IMG/VR virus record: IMGVR_UViG_3300045747_000505
Source of the DNA: a virus
Lineage: Duplodnaviria > Caudoviricetes
Length of the DNA: 64,000 bases
Reading direction: 5' to 3' (one strand)
Part shown: piece after piece, positions 27,522 to 36,647 of the stretch
How the letters are laid out: each line of letters starts with the position of its first letter
Position numbering within the stretch: position 1 is the stretch's first letter
Made by a program: the position numbers and the translations under genes
Notes under the pieces: generated by a model
Told to the model about the DNA's origin: nothing
Databases searched by the model: none
What the model saw: only the letters and a program-made list of their open reading frames with translations

Positions 27522-28943
27522 ATGCCTACACTTTCAACACAGCAAGACCTCGACTCCACGCACGTTGGTAAGCGCGTTCTGCTCCGCGTCGTCGGCGCTG
27601 ACACGCTCGGGACTGTCTTTCTACCAGATGGCGCAACCTTTACAAACGGTGACTTCATTCACTTCTACGTGGATTCACTTGGCGCCGGCTCTCAGATTGA
27701 GTTCGGCTCATCTGGGACTACGCCAATAGTCTCCCAAACTCGTCTTTATCGTGTTGGGCAGAGTGGGACCATCTACTTCACTGGCTCAAGCTGGCAAGTA
27801 GAAGTTTCGCCAACGCTTGAGGCCGGCCCGCCAATCATCAAGCCAGCGCCGTTCGACGTTTGGAACACGACTGGTAATGTTGACTTTGGCCAGGCTTACG
27901 ACCACAACGCCTACATTCGCTCGACGGCTGCTTCACCAATCGTCGTCTCAGTCTTTGCGGACAGTCAGTGGACCGGCACCGCGGAGTATTGGATGGACGG
28001 CTTTGCACCAGACGTTGGCCCAATGCCAACTGGTGGCTTCGCCACCTTCAGCTGCCACGCTCCGGCCGGTGGTATCACTTTTGCGCCTGACCCAGGCGTC
28101 ACCATCAACACTCCGTCTACCTTGACGCTGACCAAGCTGCACGGCACCGCCAGGCTTACGAAGGTTGCAGCGAACGAGTGGGACCTCTTTGGCGACCTTG
28201 ACCCAATCGACCCAGGTGCTGCTCAAGTCGGCGTCTACAATCCAATCTTCAGCAACGTGCGTGTGCTGATGCACGGTGAGGGCACGGACGGCACGGCTAC
28301 CTACACTGACGCGTCCAACTATGGACACGCCGTTGACGGCTCGACCAGCAGTACTGTGAGCGTGTCGCACCTTCACGCCTATCGTGGTACCGCGTCGCTT
28401 CACATGAAGGCAGCAGTCAACTTTGGCATCGTCAATCAAACGGCAGACGAGTGGACCACGCTTGGCTCAGACGCTCGTCCGCTCACTTTTGAAATGGCGC
28501 TCTACCTCGACACCGGCGCAACTGGCGGTGTCATCTATGGTTCGCCATCGGTGACTGGCGGCGCGTTCGGCTGGCTCACGGCGACTCTTGTGAATCTCAA
28601 CGGTCCAAGCCGGTCGGTTCGCTTTGCTTACAATGGCGTTCAAACGCTCGTGCCAATCTCGTCTTGGGCATTCGACACCTTCAACATGATTGCCTTCGCA
28701 GTCCGCGGCGCAACCTCTCACGAGGTCGGTGTCTGGGTCAACGGCATCTGGCAAGGCTCAGCTGTCATGGCGGACACGATTGTGACAAGCATTGGTCTCG
28801 CCGACAGAAGTCTGAACATCGGTCGCTCACAAGGCAACGACCAGCTGATTGGTTGGTTCGATGAACTTCGCATCACTGAGCAGCTCTTCCTGCCATGGGG
28901 AGCGAACTACACGATCAATCCAGCCGCGTTCCCAGACTTGTAA
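27522..28943 (+). CDS. tail-associated protein with C-terminal LamG domain
   Basis: NPIFSNVRVLMHGEG, TFEMAL, VWVNG, GWFDELRIT. Confidence 0.8.
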   Translation: MPTLSTQQDLDSTHVGKRVLLRVVGADTLGTVFLPDGATFTNGDFIHFYVDSLGAGSQIEFGSSGTTPIVSQTRLYRVGQSGTIYFTGSSWQVEVSPTLEAGPPIIKPAPFDVWNTTGNVDFGQAYDHNAYIRSTAASPIVVSVFADSQWTGTAEYWMDGFAPDVGPMPTGGFATFSCHAPAGGITFAPDPGVTINTPSTLTLTKLHGTARLTKVAANEWDLFGDLDPIDPGAAQVGVYNPIFSNVRVLMHGEGTDGTATYTDASNYGHAVDGSTSSTVSVSHLHAYRGTASLHMKAAVNFGIVNQTADEWTTLGSDARPLTFEMALYLDTGATGGVIYGSPSVTGGAFGWLTATLVNLNGPSRSVRFAYNGVQTLVPISSWAFDTFNMIAFAVRGATSHEVGVWVNGIWQGSAVMADTIVTSIGLADRSLNIGRSQGNDQLIGWFDELRITEQLFLPWGANYTINPAAFPDL

Positions 28944-29024
28944 CGCGTTACGCTTGTTACAGGTTTGCGAGCACCTGAACCCTCAGGATGGTGTATAATG
29001 GTCTCACCAACACAGGAGCCAGAT

Positions 29025-29381
29025 GTGCGAACCATCACCCAAGCCGACCTCGACCGTGCCGATTCAATGGTAGGTCAGAAGGTCTGGAAGAATCCCAAGA
29101 CGACGTCCAAGTTTCAGCCGAAGCCCTTCAAGTCTGGCTCGAAGGTCAACACCGTCAAGGGTGTCGTCGTCCACGAACAGACCGGCTCGCTCGGCTTCAC
29201 CTTCGTTGAGGATGAAAGCGTCGTCGAGTGCGGTCGCTGCTCACTGGCTCCCGAATCGGCAGTGGCCAACACCACGTCCGCCCGAGGCACCTGGACTCGA
29301 CTGGAGCGCGAAGCCGCTGAACTGCTAGCGGTTTCCGAGCAGTGCACCTCACTCCCCGCCTTCATCTGCTACGACGTCTAA
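29025..29381 (+). CDS. hypothetical protein
   Basis: GTG after GGAG, downstream of promoter at 28994. Confidence 0.6.
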   Translation: MRTITQADLDRADSMVGQKVWKNPKTTSKFQPKPFKSGSKVNTVKGVVVHEQTGSLGFTFVEDESVVECGRCSLAPESAVANTTSARGTWTRLEREAAELLAVSEQCTSLPAFICYDV

Positions 29382-29398
29382 ACCACCAAGGACCCCAA

Positions 29399-29644
29399 AT
29401 GACCTTCCTTCAACACGCCTGGCGCATTGCCACCATCGCCCTCGCCACCGCCGCTGGGTTCGCCATGGCTGCCGAGATCGTCGTCGAGGGTCACGCTCGA
29501 GGCCAAGCGCTGCTCTCCATCTACATCATGGTCCCGACCATCTTCGCCCTCTTCGCCTGGTTCTTCACCTACATCGCCGGCCTCGCCGACCAAGGCTGTG
29601 GCGGTGGCCCTGGCACCGGTCGCATGGGTTGCGGTGGCTTCTGA
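29399..29644 (+). CDS. small two-TM membrane protein
   Basis: Two hydrophobic segments, Gly/Cys tail. Confidence 0.6.
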   Translation: MTFLQHAWRIATIALATAAGFAMAAEIVVEGHARGQALLSIYIMVPTIFALFAWFFTYIAGLADQGCGGGPGTGRMGCGGF

Positions 29645-29691
29645 ACCAAGGCTCAGGATGAGACGGTCGCTGCGAGTGATACAATGCTCGC

Positions 29692-30156
29692 ATGACCAGA
29701 CCAATCCTCACAATCAACCCCAACCGAATTGAACTCGATGAAGCCTACATGCAGATGGCCGAAGTTTGGGCGAAGCGCTCAAAGGCAAATCGACTGCAAG
29801 TCGGAGCCCTCGTGGTCGTCGGTCGACAAATCATCAGCGACGGCTACAACGGAATGCCATCCGGCTGGAAGGACGACGTTTGCGAGGTCTACGGACCGAA
29901 CGGCGACCTCATCACCAAGCCAGAGCTGCTTCACGCCGAGTCGAACGCCCTGCTCAAGCTCTGTCGCCACGGTGGCATGGGTGCGGACGGTGGCACGCTC
30001 TACTCAACCGATTCCCCATGTCCTGAGTGCGCCAAGCTGGCGAATCAGGCCGGCATTCGCCGTGCAGTCTACCGTCGGCAGTACCGACTCACAGATGGCC
30101 TTGACATGCTGAGAACCCTCGGCATCGAGGTCGTACAACTTCCACCAACACCATGA
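29692..30156 (+). CDS. dCMP deaminase
   Basis: VGA.V, GYNG, HAE.NA, PC..C zinc motif. Confidence 0.93.
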   Translation: MTRPILTINPNRIELDEAYMQMAEVWAKRSKANRLQVGALVVVGRQIISDGYNGMPSGWKDDVCEVYGPNGDLITKPELLHAESNALLKLCRHGGMGADGGTLYSTDSPCPECAKLANQAGIRRAVYRRQYRLTDGLDMLRTLGIEVVQLPPTP

Positions 30157-30365
30157 CCGTCGCCTTCATCGAAAAAGTCGAGAACCAACTCTACGAATCC
30201 GAGTGCGGTTGGAAGATGGCTCGCGAAAATGGCGACACGCCAAATGGTAACCCACTCAACGGATACTGGGTTCTGCGCAATCCTGCCGGTGAGTTCATCG
30301 ACTACGATCGGTATCGCTCCGACCTGATGAGCCGCAACGCCGTCAAATATTACTTCAACCACTGA
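30153..30365 (+). CDS. hypothetical protein
   Basis: Coupled ORF. Confidence 0.6.
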   Translation: MTVAFIEKVENQLYESECGWKMARENGDTPNGNPLNGYWVLRNPAGEFIDYDRYRSDLMSRNAVKYYFNH

Positions 30366-30376
30366 AAGAGGACACC

Positions 30377-30739
30377 ATGCCCGACATTCTGAACAAATCC
30401 ACCCTCGTCGTTCGCGAAGACTTCAACCCGACGAACGAGGCGCACGTCCGATCCCTCAAGGTCTTCCTTCAGACCGGCAACTGGGGTGACGTGCAGTTCT
30501 ACCCGCAGCTGCCCTTCATCGAAGTGCCGATGACCGTGCTGTTCACCTACACGTCGTTCTTGCTTGGCGTCGGCCGCGAGTCGGATGTCGAGAAGGCTGA
30601 ACGCCTCGCCGCCAAGAACCTGACGCCGACGCCGAAGGTGCTGCCGCGCAAGGAACGTGAGGCCGTCAAGGCCGAAGCGCTGGCCAAGGCGAACGCCCTG
30701 ATGGCCTCGATGCTGACCGCCGATGCAACTCAGAACTGA
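30377..30739 (+). CDS. hypothetical protein
   Basis: GAGG RBS, codon bias. Confidence 0.65.
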   Translation: MPDILNKSTLVVREDFNPTNEAHVRSLKVFLQTGNWGDVQFYPQLPFIEVPMTVLFTYTSFLLGVGRESDVEKAERLAAKNLTPTPKVLPRKEREAVKAEALAKANALMASMLTADATQN

Positions 30740-31268
30740 GCTCGACGACCGCACGCTCCGCTTCGACGGCGTCTCGATCGTGGATCCGAACGCCGTTTCG
30801 GCCGTGCTGCTTCGTGGCGTCCACCCGTGTCAGCTCCGCGTGACGCACTCCTCGCCCGACGTTGAGCAGTTCAACGCTCGGGTTGCTGAGCTTGAACGCC
30901 TGCTCCTCGACCACGACGAGCCCGTCAGCATCGACCTCAAGTGGGAGCTGCCACCCGAGTACCTCACCATCGACCTGACCGAGTACGTGGCCGACAAGGC
31001 TGCTGACTACGTGCTGACCCTCGCTGAGCCCGACCAGTTCAAAGCGCTGACTCGCGTCGCCGCCGAGCTGGTCGAGATCACCAAGCGTGGCATGGTCGAG
31101 TTCTTCAAGACCATCATCTACGTCATCGACACCTTTCGAGCCAACGGCACCGTGTGGGGCGTTGGCCGTGGGTCGTCGTGCGCCTCCTACATCCTCTTCA
31201 TTCTTGGGTTGCACTGTGTCGACTGCGTAAAGTATAATGTGCCAATGGAAGAATTCTTTCACGATTGA
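30723..31268 (+). CDS. DNA polymerase III alpha-like fragment 1 (palm, GRGS motif)
   Basis: ELVEI...FF..I..VI...WGVGRGSSCASYILFILG...D...Y....EEF, matching DnaE region just before the catalytic DxD. Confidence 0.88.
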   Translation: MQLRTELDDRTLRFDGVSIVDPNAVSAVLLRGVHPCQLRVTHSSPDVEQFNARVAELERLLLDHDEPVSIDLKWELPPEYLTIDLTEYVADKAADYVLTLAEPDQFKALTRVAAELVEITKRGMVEFFKTIIYVIDTFRANGTVWGVGRGSSCASYILFILGLHCVDCVKYNVPMEEFFHD

Positions 31269-31325
31269 AATCCTGACGATAAATAATAGAGCGGCATAGC
31301 CCGTTCAACCTTGGAGAACTTTCAA

Positions 31326-31556
31326 ATGGCAAGACTTGTACGCACTGCTCTTGGCGACATCGTCGACTTCGACCTTCTCGCAATCAAGCAGCAGCTTGCA
31401 TCCGCCCAACCACCGAAGGTCGTCGAAGACCGCAAGGTGGCAATCGACGAGAAGGATGGCGTTCGCACCTCCGTCGTCCCAGACATCGACTTTCTGGCTG
31501 TCGCCAATGAAGCCGCGGCAGTCAATGCCCGCGGCGCAGCGGCTCGCAAGAAGTAA
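31326..31556 (+). CDS. hypothetical protein (late)
   Basis: Late promoter at 31279; VRTALGDIVDFDLL. Confidence 0.6.
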   Translation: MARLVRTALGDIVDFDLLAIKQQLASAQPPKVVEDRKVAIDEKDGVRTSVVPDIDFLAVANEAAAVNARGAAARKK

Positions 31557-31589
31557 GTCGTCCTTCAAATACCCATAGCAAAGAGCAAT

Positions 31590-31922
31590 ATGCCACCGAA
31601 AATCACCGCCCTACGGGACGTCGTTCTGTTTCAATTCCTCGACATCACCGAGGGTTCGCGTGGTCGCTTCACTGACCGTGTGCTCGGCTCCGGCATCCTC
31701 ATCGCGCCGACGCAGTCGCGACAGAAGATTCACCGTTGGGGCAAGGTCTACGCCGTCGGTCCGAAGGCTGAGCCTGACCTCAAGGTCGGCGACTTCATTC
31801 TGATTCAGGCGATGCAGTGGATGGAGGGCGTCAAGCTCGACAAGGACACGAAGGTCTGGAAGACCGATCCGGCTCAGATCCTGCTCGTCACCGACGACAT
31901 CAACGAGACCTGGCATCAGTGA
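31590..31922 (+). CDS. GroES-like co-chaperonin
   Basis: ALRDVVL...SGILI...GKVYAVGP...LKVGD.IL. Confidence 0.85.
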   Translation: MPPKITALRDVVLFQFLDITEGSRGRFTDRVLGSGILIAPTQSRQKIHRWGKVYAVGPKAEPDLKVGDFILIQAMQWMEGVKLDKDTKVWKTDPAQILLVTDDINETWHQ

Positions 31923-31964
31923 TCGCAATCGAGCTTCTGAGCAAGCTCGCTTAAGGGCCGCATC

Positions 31965-33158
31965 TTGCTACTCCTCATCACCACCTTCATCACGGCCTTC
32001 GGCATTGAAGCCCTTGGCACGCTCGTCTCCGTCATTGGTCTGAGCCTGCTCTTCGGCGCCAACCCGATCATCATTGCGCTGGCCATCGCGCTGGACGTCA
32101 ACAAGATCATCAACGTCACGCTGCTCTACAGCCGTTGGCAGCAGCTTGGCTACATGATGCGCAGCTACGCGCTCGTCGCCACCTTCATCACGATGATCAT
32201 CACCTCAGCCGGAGCCTACTCGTTTCTGACTGGTGAGTTTCAAAAGGCGATGTTGGGATCGCAAGAGGGCTCCATTCAAGTCGCCACGCTCAAGGAGCAG
32301 CAGACGAAGTATGAGGCTCGCAAGAAGCAGATCGACGATCAGATTGCTCGCGTCCCAGACACGATGTCAGCCCGCGATCGTACTCGCGTCATCGCAAACT
32401 TCAAGGTCGAGCAGCGCGACCTTCAGCTCAAGATCGCTGAGATTGACAAGCAGCTTCCAACGATGCAGGTCAAGCAGCTCAGCATCGAGGCGAAGACCGG
32501 TCCAATCATCACCATCTCGAAGACCTTCAACATCACGCCTGAAGAGGCGATCAAGTGGGTCATTCTGACGATCATCTTCGTGTTCGACCCGCTCGCCGTG
32601 TTCGACATCGTGGCTGGCAACTTCCTCCTCGCCGAGTGGCGTCGTAAGCGAGCGCTGAAGGCTACGCCGATTGTTGACATCGCTCCACGCAGAAAGGAGC
32701 GCGATGTCTTTGGCGACGCCTACGACGAGGTTGAAGAAGCTCGTGCCGCCGTCGGCCAATCACGCTACTTCGCACCGCAAGAGCTCGTCGAGCGAATGTC
32801 CGACGAGGGTAAAGCCGAACCCCCAAAAGCTGATGTGGTGAGCGACGCTAGCTCGGTGTCGGCTCAGCCACAACCTCCAGATGAGCCTCAACAGTCAGCG
32901 GAAGTGGCTCAAGACATCTGGCATCCAGAAGCTCCGATCCTCGAAGACGTAGTCGATGAGACGGCTGAGCAGCAGCGTTGGTACCGCCAACGGCGCGGGC
33001 ACAACAAGTCACAAGCTCCAGATGACGTCGATCTCGACGAGCTGAACGCCGACGCCGACTCGATTCAACAGGCGTTGAAGGCACAGCGAGAGCGCCACAC
33101 GCTCGAGTCGCTTGGATTGGACCACAGCAAGGGTTTGCTCCGCACCATCGAACCGTGA
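31965..33158 (+). CDS. multi-TM coiled-coil membrane protein with acidic tail
   Basis: Three N-terminal TMs, coiled coil, IIFVFDPLAV TM, long acidic/Pro C-terminus. Confidence 0.7.
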   Translation: MLLLITTFITAFGIEALGTLVSVIGLSLLFGANPIIIALAIALDVNKIINVTLLYSRWQQLGYMMRSYALVATFITMIITSAGAYSFLTGEFQKAMLGSQEGSIQVATLKEQQTKYEARKKQIDDQIARVPDTMSARDRTRVIANFKVEQRDLQLKIAEIDKQLPTMQVKQLSIEAKTGPIITISKTFNITPEEAIKWVILTIIFVFDPLAVFDIVAGNFLLAEWRRKRALKATPIVDIAPRRKERDVFGDAYDEVEEARAAVGQSRYFAPQELVERMSDEGKAEPPKADVVSDASSVSAQPQPPDEPQQSAEVAQDIWHPEAPILEDVVDETAEQQRWYRQRRGHNKSQAPDDVDLDELNADADSIQQALKAQRERHTLESLGLDHSKGLLRTIEP

Positions 33159-33218
33159 CAACGGCTACACCAAGCGAACCTCTTGGTGTAGAATCTCTTC
33201 ACACTACTGCGAATCACA

Positions 33219-34139
33219 ATGGCAATCAAAAAAGTTTGGGTCGAGCGCTATCGGCCGAAGTCTGTTGCGGACATCATCATGCCGAACGAGCGTCTGCGCA
33301 AGACGTTCGACGCTTGGGTCGCTCAAGGTGAGTTCCCAAACATTCTGCTGTACGGCGGCCCCGGCACTGGCAAGACCTCGCTGAGTCTGGCGCTGCTCCG
33401 CGACATCGGCGTTCAGAAGCAGGACACGCTGCGCATCAACTGCTCGGACGAGAAGATCGACGCGCTGCGCGACAAGGTCAAGGGCTTCGCAACCACGATG
33501 CCGATCGGCAACTTCAAGGTCGTTCGCCTTGAAGAGTTCGACTACCTCAATCACGACGCTCAGGCTTTGCTGCGAGCTCTAATGGAGGACGTGAGTGACA
33601 CGTGCCGCTTCATTGCCACGTGCAATTACATCGGCAAGCTGACACCACCGCTGCGCTCGCGCTTTCAAGAGTTTCAGATTGCCGCACCGGGTCGTGAGGA
33701 CTCGCTCGTGCTGGCTGCAGAGATTCTCGAAGCCGAGGGCATTGCGTTCGAGCTCGATGACGTCGAGAAGGTCGTGGCCGCTGCGTACCCTGACCTGCGC
33801 AAGATGATTCAGCTGCTCGATGGCAACTCCATCGACGGCAGGCTCGACCTCGCCAACGCAGCAAGCGTCGCGGACTGGAAGCTCGAGTTGTTGCCAGCGC
33901 TCGAAGCCAGCGACCTCAAGGCTGCTCGCAAGATCGTGTGCGAGTCCGCCACCATCGAAGAGCTGCAGGACGTCTTTCGCTTTCTCTACGACAACCTTCA
34001 CCGCGTCAAGCGGTTGACCAAGAACCTCGACGACGCGATCGTGCTGCTCGCCGAGTATCAGTACAAGCACGCCTTCGCTGCGGACAAGGAAATCAACACC
34101 GCGGCGCTGTTCATCGAACTCAACAACCTGACCAAGTGA
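33219..34139 (+). CDS. clamp loader AAA+ subunit (T4 gp44/RFC-like)
   Basis: WVERYRP, GGPGTGKT, INCSD, LEEFDYL, TCNY, LRSR. Confidence 0.93.
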   Translation: MAIKKVWVERYRPKSVADIIMPNERLRKTFDAWVAQGEFPNILLYGGPGTGKTSLSLALLRDIGVQKQDTLRINCSDEKIDALRDKVKGFATTMPIGNFKVVRLEEFDYLNHDAQALLRALMEDVSDTCRFIATCNYIGKLTPPLRSRFQEFQIAAPGREDSLVLAAEILEAEGIAFELDDVEKVVAAAYPDLRKMIQLLDGNSIDGRLDLANAASVADWKLELLPALEASDLKAARKIVCESATIEELQDVFRFLYDNLHRVKRLTKNLDDAIVLLAEYQYKHAFAADKEINTAALFIELNNLTK

Positions 34140-34147
34140 GCCACACA

Positions 34148-34453
34148 ATGACCGACCATTCACCACACGCTGACGCCGACGAAACCACCAAGCGCGACCA
34201 CACGCGTCTCGAGCTGGCGCTGATGGAGCAAGCCCATCTGCTCTCGCATAAGGTCGAGCAGCTCACGCACCACCTCGAGCTGATGCAAGTCTCCACCATC
34301 GTTCAGAAGCTCGCGCTGCTGCAGTGCCTGCCCGAAGGCGGCGTGGTCGTCGAGGTGCCTGAGAACCAAGCTCCGCTGCTCGACGACGGCACTCGCCTCA
34401 CCCGCATTCGCGTGCTGGTTGTCGGCGACAAGCTCGACATCGAACCAGCGTGA
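34148..34453 (+). CDS. hypothetical protein
   Basis: ATG after gp44 stop; ORF-track start 33938 likely too long. Confidence 0.55.
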   Translation: MTDHSPHADADETTKRDHTRLELALMEQAHLLSHKVEQLTHHLELMQVSTIVQKLALLQCLPEGGVVVEVPENQAPLLDDGTRLTRIRVLVVGDKLDIEPA

Positions 34454-34665
34454 GAACCTTTCGCATCATTGAGCGAAATCTTGGTTCGAAGCAAGGCTTT
34501 CGCGTCGAGGAGCGGCGCTGGTTTCGCTGGCAAACGCATGTCTTCGACTACGGCGAGGGCTGGAACACCACGATCTGGTTCGACTCCTACGAGGAGGCCA
34601 AGGCTGGCATCCTAGCTATTGCCCCACCGTGTGACTTCGTAGTGGGTACAATCACTATTCTATGA
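34450..34665 (+). CDS. hypothetical protein
   Basis: Coupled ORF; FRIIER...FRVEERRWF.W. Confidence 0.55.
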   Translation: MRTFRIIERNLGSKQGFRVEERRWFRWQTHVFDYGEGWNTTIWFDSYEEAKAGILAIAPPCDFVVGTITIL

Positions 34666-35174
34666 GCGACCGTTCGGCATTCGATCTCTTCTCAGGACTT
34701 GCCAGCCTTTCACGAGGTGACAAGTCCTGGTTTCAAAACCTTTCACCTGAGGGACAGAAGGCGGCAGCGCCGTTTGTGATGGCGCGTTGGATGACTGGCA
34801 CCTCGGATGCCCAGCAAATCCTTCGCATAAATACCTTTGTCAATCCCTTCCTCTTCACCGGCACAACCGACAAGAGTGGTCTGTTCAAGCTTATGGCGGT
34901 CGCCGCCACTGGCAAGAACGCTCGCTACTCTTGGCTCAAGGGCCCAGGCCCGAAGAGCAAGAAGCTCTCGCTTGAGGTCATCAAGCAGTACTACGAGTGC
35001 TCGACGCGCGAGGCCAACACCTATCGCATCGACGCCGCAAGCCTGCTTGAGATGGCCGAAGAGTGTGGGTGGGAGAAGGACGAGATAGCAAAGCTGAAGA
35101 AAGAGGTAGATGATGGATCGGGAACAGCTGAGAAAGCAAGCGTCAAGCCGGCGAAGCCAAGTAAGCGTCGTTGA
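34662..35174 (+). CDS. clamp loader subunit A-like (T4 gp62-like)
   Basis: PFVMARWM...N...RYSWLK...VIKQYYECS.REA; near gp44. Confidence 0.65.
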   Translation: MSDRSAFDLFSGLASLSRGDKSWFQNLSPEGQKAAAPFVMARWMTGTSDAQQILRINTFVNPFLFTGTTDKSGLFKLMAVAATGKNARYSWLKGPGPKSKKLSLEVIKQYYECSTREANTYRIDAASLLEMAEECGWEKDEIAKLKKEVDDGSGTAEKASVKPAKPSKRR

Positions 35175-35862
35175 GGAGACCGTCAAGCCTGACGTCAAGT
35201 GGCCGTGCGAGTTCTGCGGTCACATCTTCTCGTTTGAGAAGTCCTTCATGAACCATCGCTGTCGCGAGCGTGATCGCATTGAAGTGCTGCGCGGTCCAAA
35301 GGGTCAGGCTGCCTACGCGCACTACAGCGACTGGATGCGCATGAAGAAGCGCAGCGTCCCGCCGATTGAATCGTTCGGCGCCTCCAAGCTCTACTCGACC
35401 TTCGTCAAGTTCGCCGAGTACGCCGACCGCACGCACATGCCGAACATCCCGCTCTTCATTCGGTTGATGGTTGAGCACGACATTTCACCGACGCTGTGGA
35501 GTCGCGATCAAACTTACTCGATGTACCTTCAGTGGTTCGACAACGCTCACCCGCCAGAGGTTCAGGTCCTTGAGTCGCTCGAGCTGCTCACCACGATTGC
35601 GCTCGACTACGAGTGCTATCGCCCAGACGTCTTCAAGGTGATGCCGCTCGGCTTGCTCGTGCAGCTCATTGAACGGCGCAAGCTCAGTCCGTGGTTTCTG
35701 CTGTCGTCGAAGGTCTTTCGCGACCACGTCGGCTCGCTGAACCAAGAGGACAAGGCGCGACTTCAGCGTGCGGTCAATGAGGGTGCGATGGTCAATCGCA
35801 TTCAACAGGACCAAAGCCGCTTCGCCTTCTTCAACAAGGTTACTCGGGAAGAGGGTCTCTAA
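35110..35862 (+). CDS. zinc-finger-containing hypothetical replication-region protein
   Basis: CEFC-x12-HRC motif. Confidence 0.7.
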   Translation: MMDREQLRKQASSRRSQVSVVEETVKPDVKWPCEFCGHIFSFEKSFMNHRCRERDRIEVLRGPKGQAAYAHYSDWMRMKKRSVPPIESFGASKLYSTFVKFAEYADRTHMPNIPLFIRLMVEHDISPTLWSRDQTYSMYLQWFDNAHPPEVQVLESLELLTTIALDYECYRPDVFKVMPLGLLVQLIERRKLSPWFLLSSKVFRDHVGSLNQEDKARLQRAVNEGAMVNRIQQDQSRFAFFNKVTREEGL

Positions 35863-36087
35863 GTGGCACGGCGTGTCTTCGCCTCGATGCCACTTGACTG
35901 CGCCAAGTTCTACAATCGTCTTATGAATAGGTTGGTGCTCAACATCTGGGCAGTTAGAATGGGTCTGTTCGATACGCTGCTGTGCGAGACGTCGGACCCA
36001 TTCGTCTTCGTGCGCTGGTGCGAAGCGCTACCAAGAATCATTGAAACCATCGAAGCCAACGGAGGCTCATCATCGACGTCGACATAG
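35863..36087 (+). CDS. hypothetical protein
   Basis: GTG immediately after previous stop; 3' end overlaps DnaE fragment 2. Confidence 0.4.
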   Translation: MARRVFASMPLDCAKFYNRLMNRLVLNIWAVRMGLFDTLLCETSDPFVFVRWCEALPRIIETIEANGGSSSTST

Positions 36088-36647
36088 ACACGCAAACCAG
36101 CTTCGACCCAGTGAAGCTCTTCCCATCGTGGGTTCGCGCCTCGGTCGTCCGCGATGGTCGCCTGACGCCACACCCATGCGGCGTCTACCCTCAGCGCATG
36201 CCACGCGACCCACTGACCAAGCTCGCCGCCATTCCGCACGAGGCAGCGGAGGACTTCGGCTTTCTCAAGGTCGACTTTCTGCACCTGAGCGCCTACAACG
36301 GGTTCAAGTCCCGTGAGGAGATCGAGCGCCTCGTCGCGCTTGAACCCAACTGGTCGCTGCTTCAGCTCACCTCAACGCACGGCAAGCTGTTTCAGCTGTC
36401 CAAGCATGGTGACATGTTGAAGGCGGTCAAGCCATCATCCGTCGAGGAGCTCGCGGACTGCATGGCGCTGATTCGACCTGGCAAGAAGGCTTTCCTCGGT
36501 CTCTACACGAAGGAGCGGGCTGCGGCTCGCGTGCTGCTGTACGCCAAGGACCCCGAGAGCGGCTACGCTTTCAAGAAGTCGCACGCGCTTGCGTACGCGC
36601 TGGTGGTCGTGCTTCAACTTCATCAGATTGAGCAGGGCAGCTTGTGA
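36072..36647 (+). CDS. DNA polymerase III alpha-like fragment 2 (catalytic DxD, KxD, FxKSHA); probable ATC start
   Basis: In-frame DVDID upstream of GTG 36111; HPCGVY, GFLKVDFL, FKKSHALAY; GGAGG at 36061-36065; in-frame stop at 36042. Confidence 0.85.
   Translation: MDVDIDTQTSFDPVKLFPSWVRASVVRDGRLTPHPCGVYPQRMPRDPLTKLAAIPHEAAEDFGFLKVDFLHLSAYNGFKSREEIERLVALEPNWSLLQLTSTHGKLFQLSKHGDMLKAVKPSSVEELADCMALIRPGKKAFLGLYTKERAAARVLLYAKDPESGYAFKKSHALAYALVVVLQLHQIEQGSL

Noticed and set aside
6463-28943. Diversity-generating retroelement acting on LamG/fibre tips
   Set aside because: No reverse transcriptase and no TR/VR pair differing only at adenines; similarity among tips is protein-level only
28940-28944. 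GTAAC half-site as independent evidence at every promoter
   Set aside because: At 9463, 28940, 36799, 46653 and 57467 its TAA is the upstream stop codon, so only the GTTAC half and its spacing are treated as strong evidence
31233-31238. TATAAT inside DnaE fragment 1
   Set aside because: Encodes conserved K-Y-N residues and lacks the GTTAC/TGAACC box at the expected distance
30723-36647. Split intein joining the DnaE halves (as in cyanobacterial dnaE)
   Set aside because: Fragment 1 ends FFHD* and fragment 2 begins at DVDID; neither carries intein N- or C-terminal blocks
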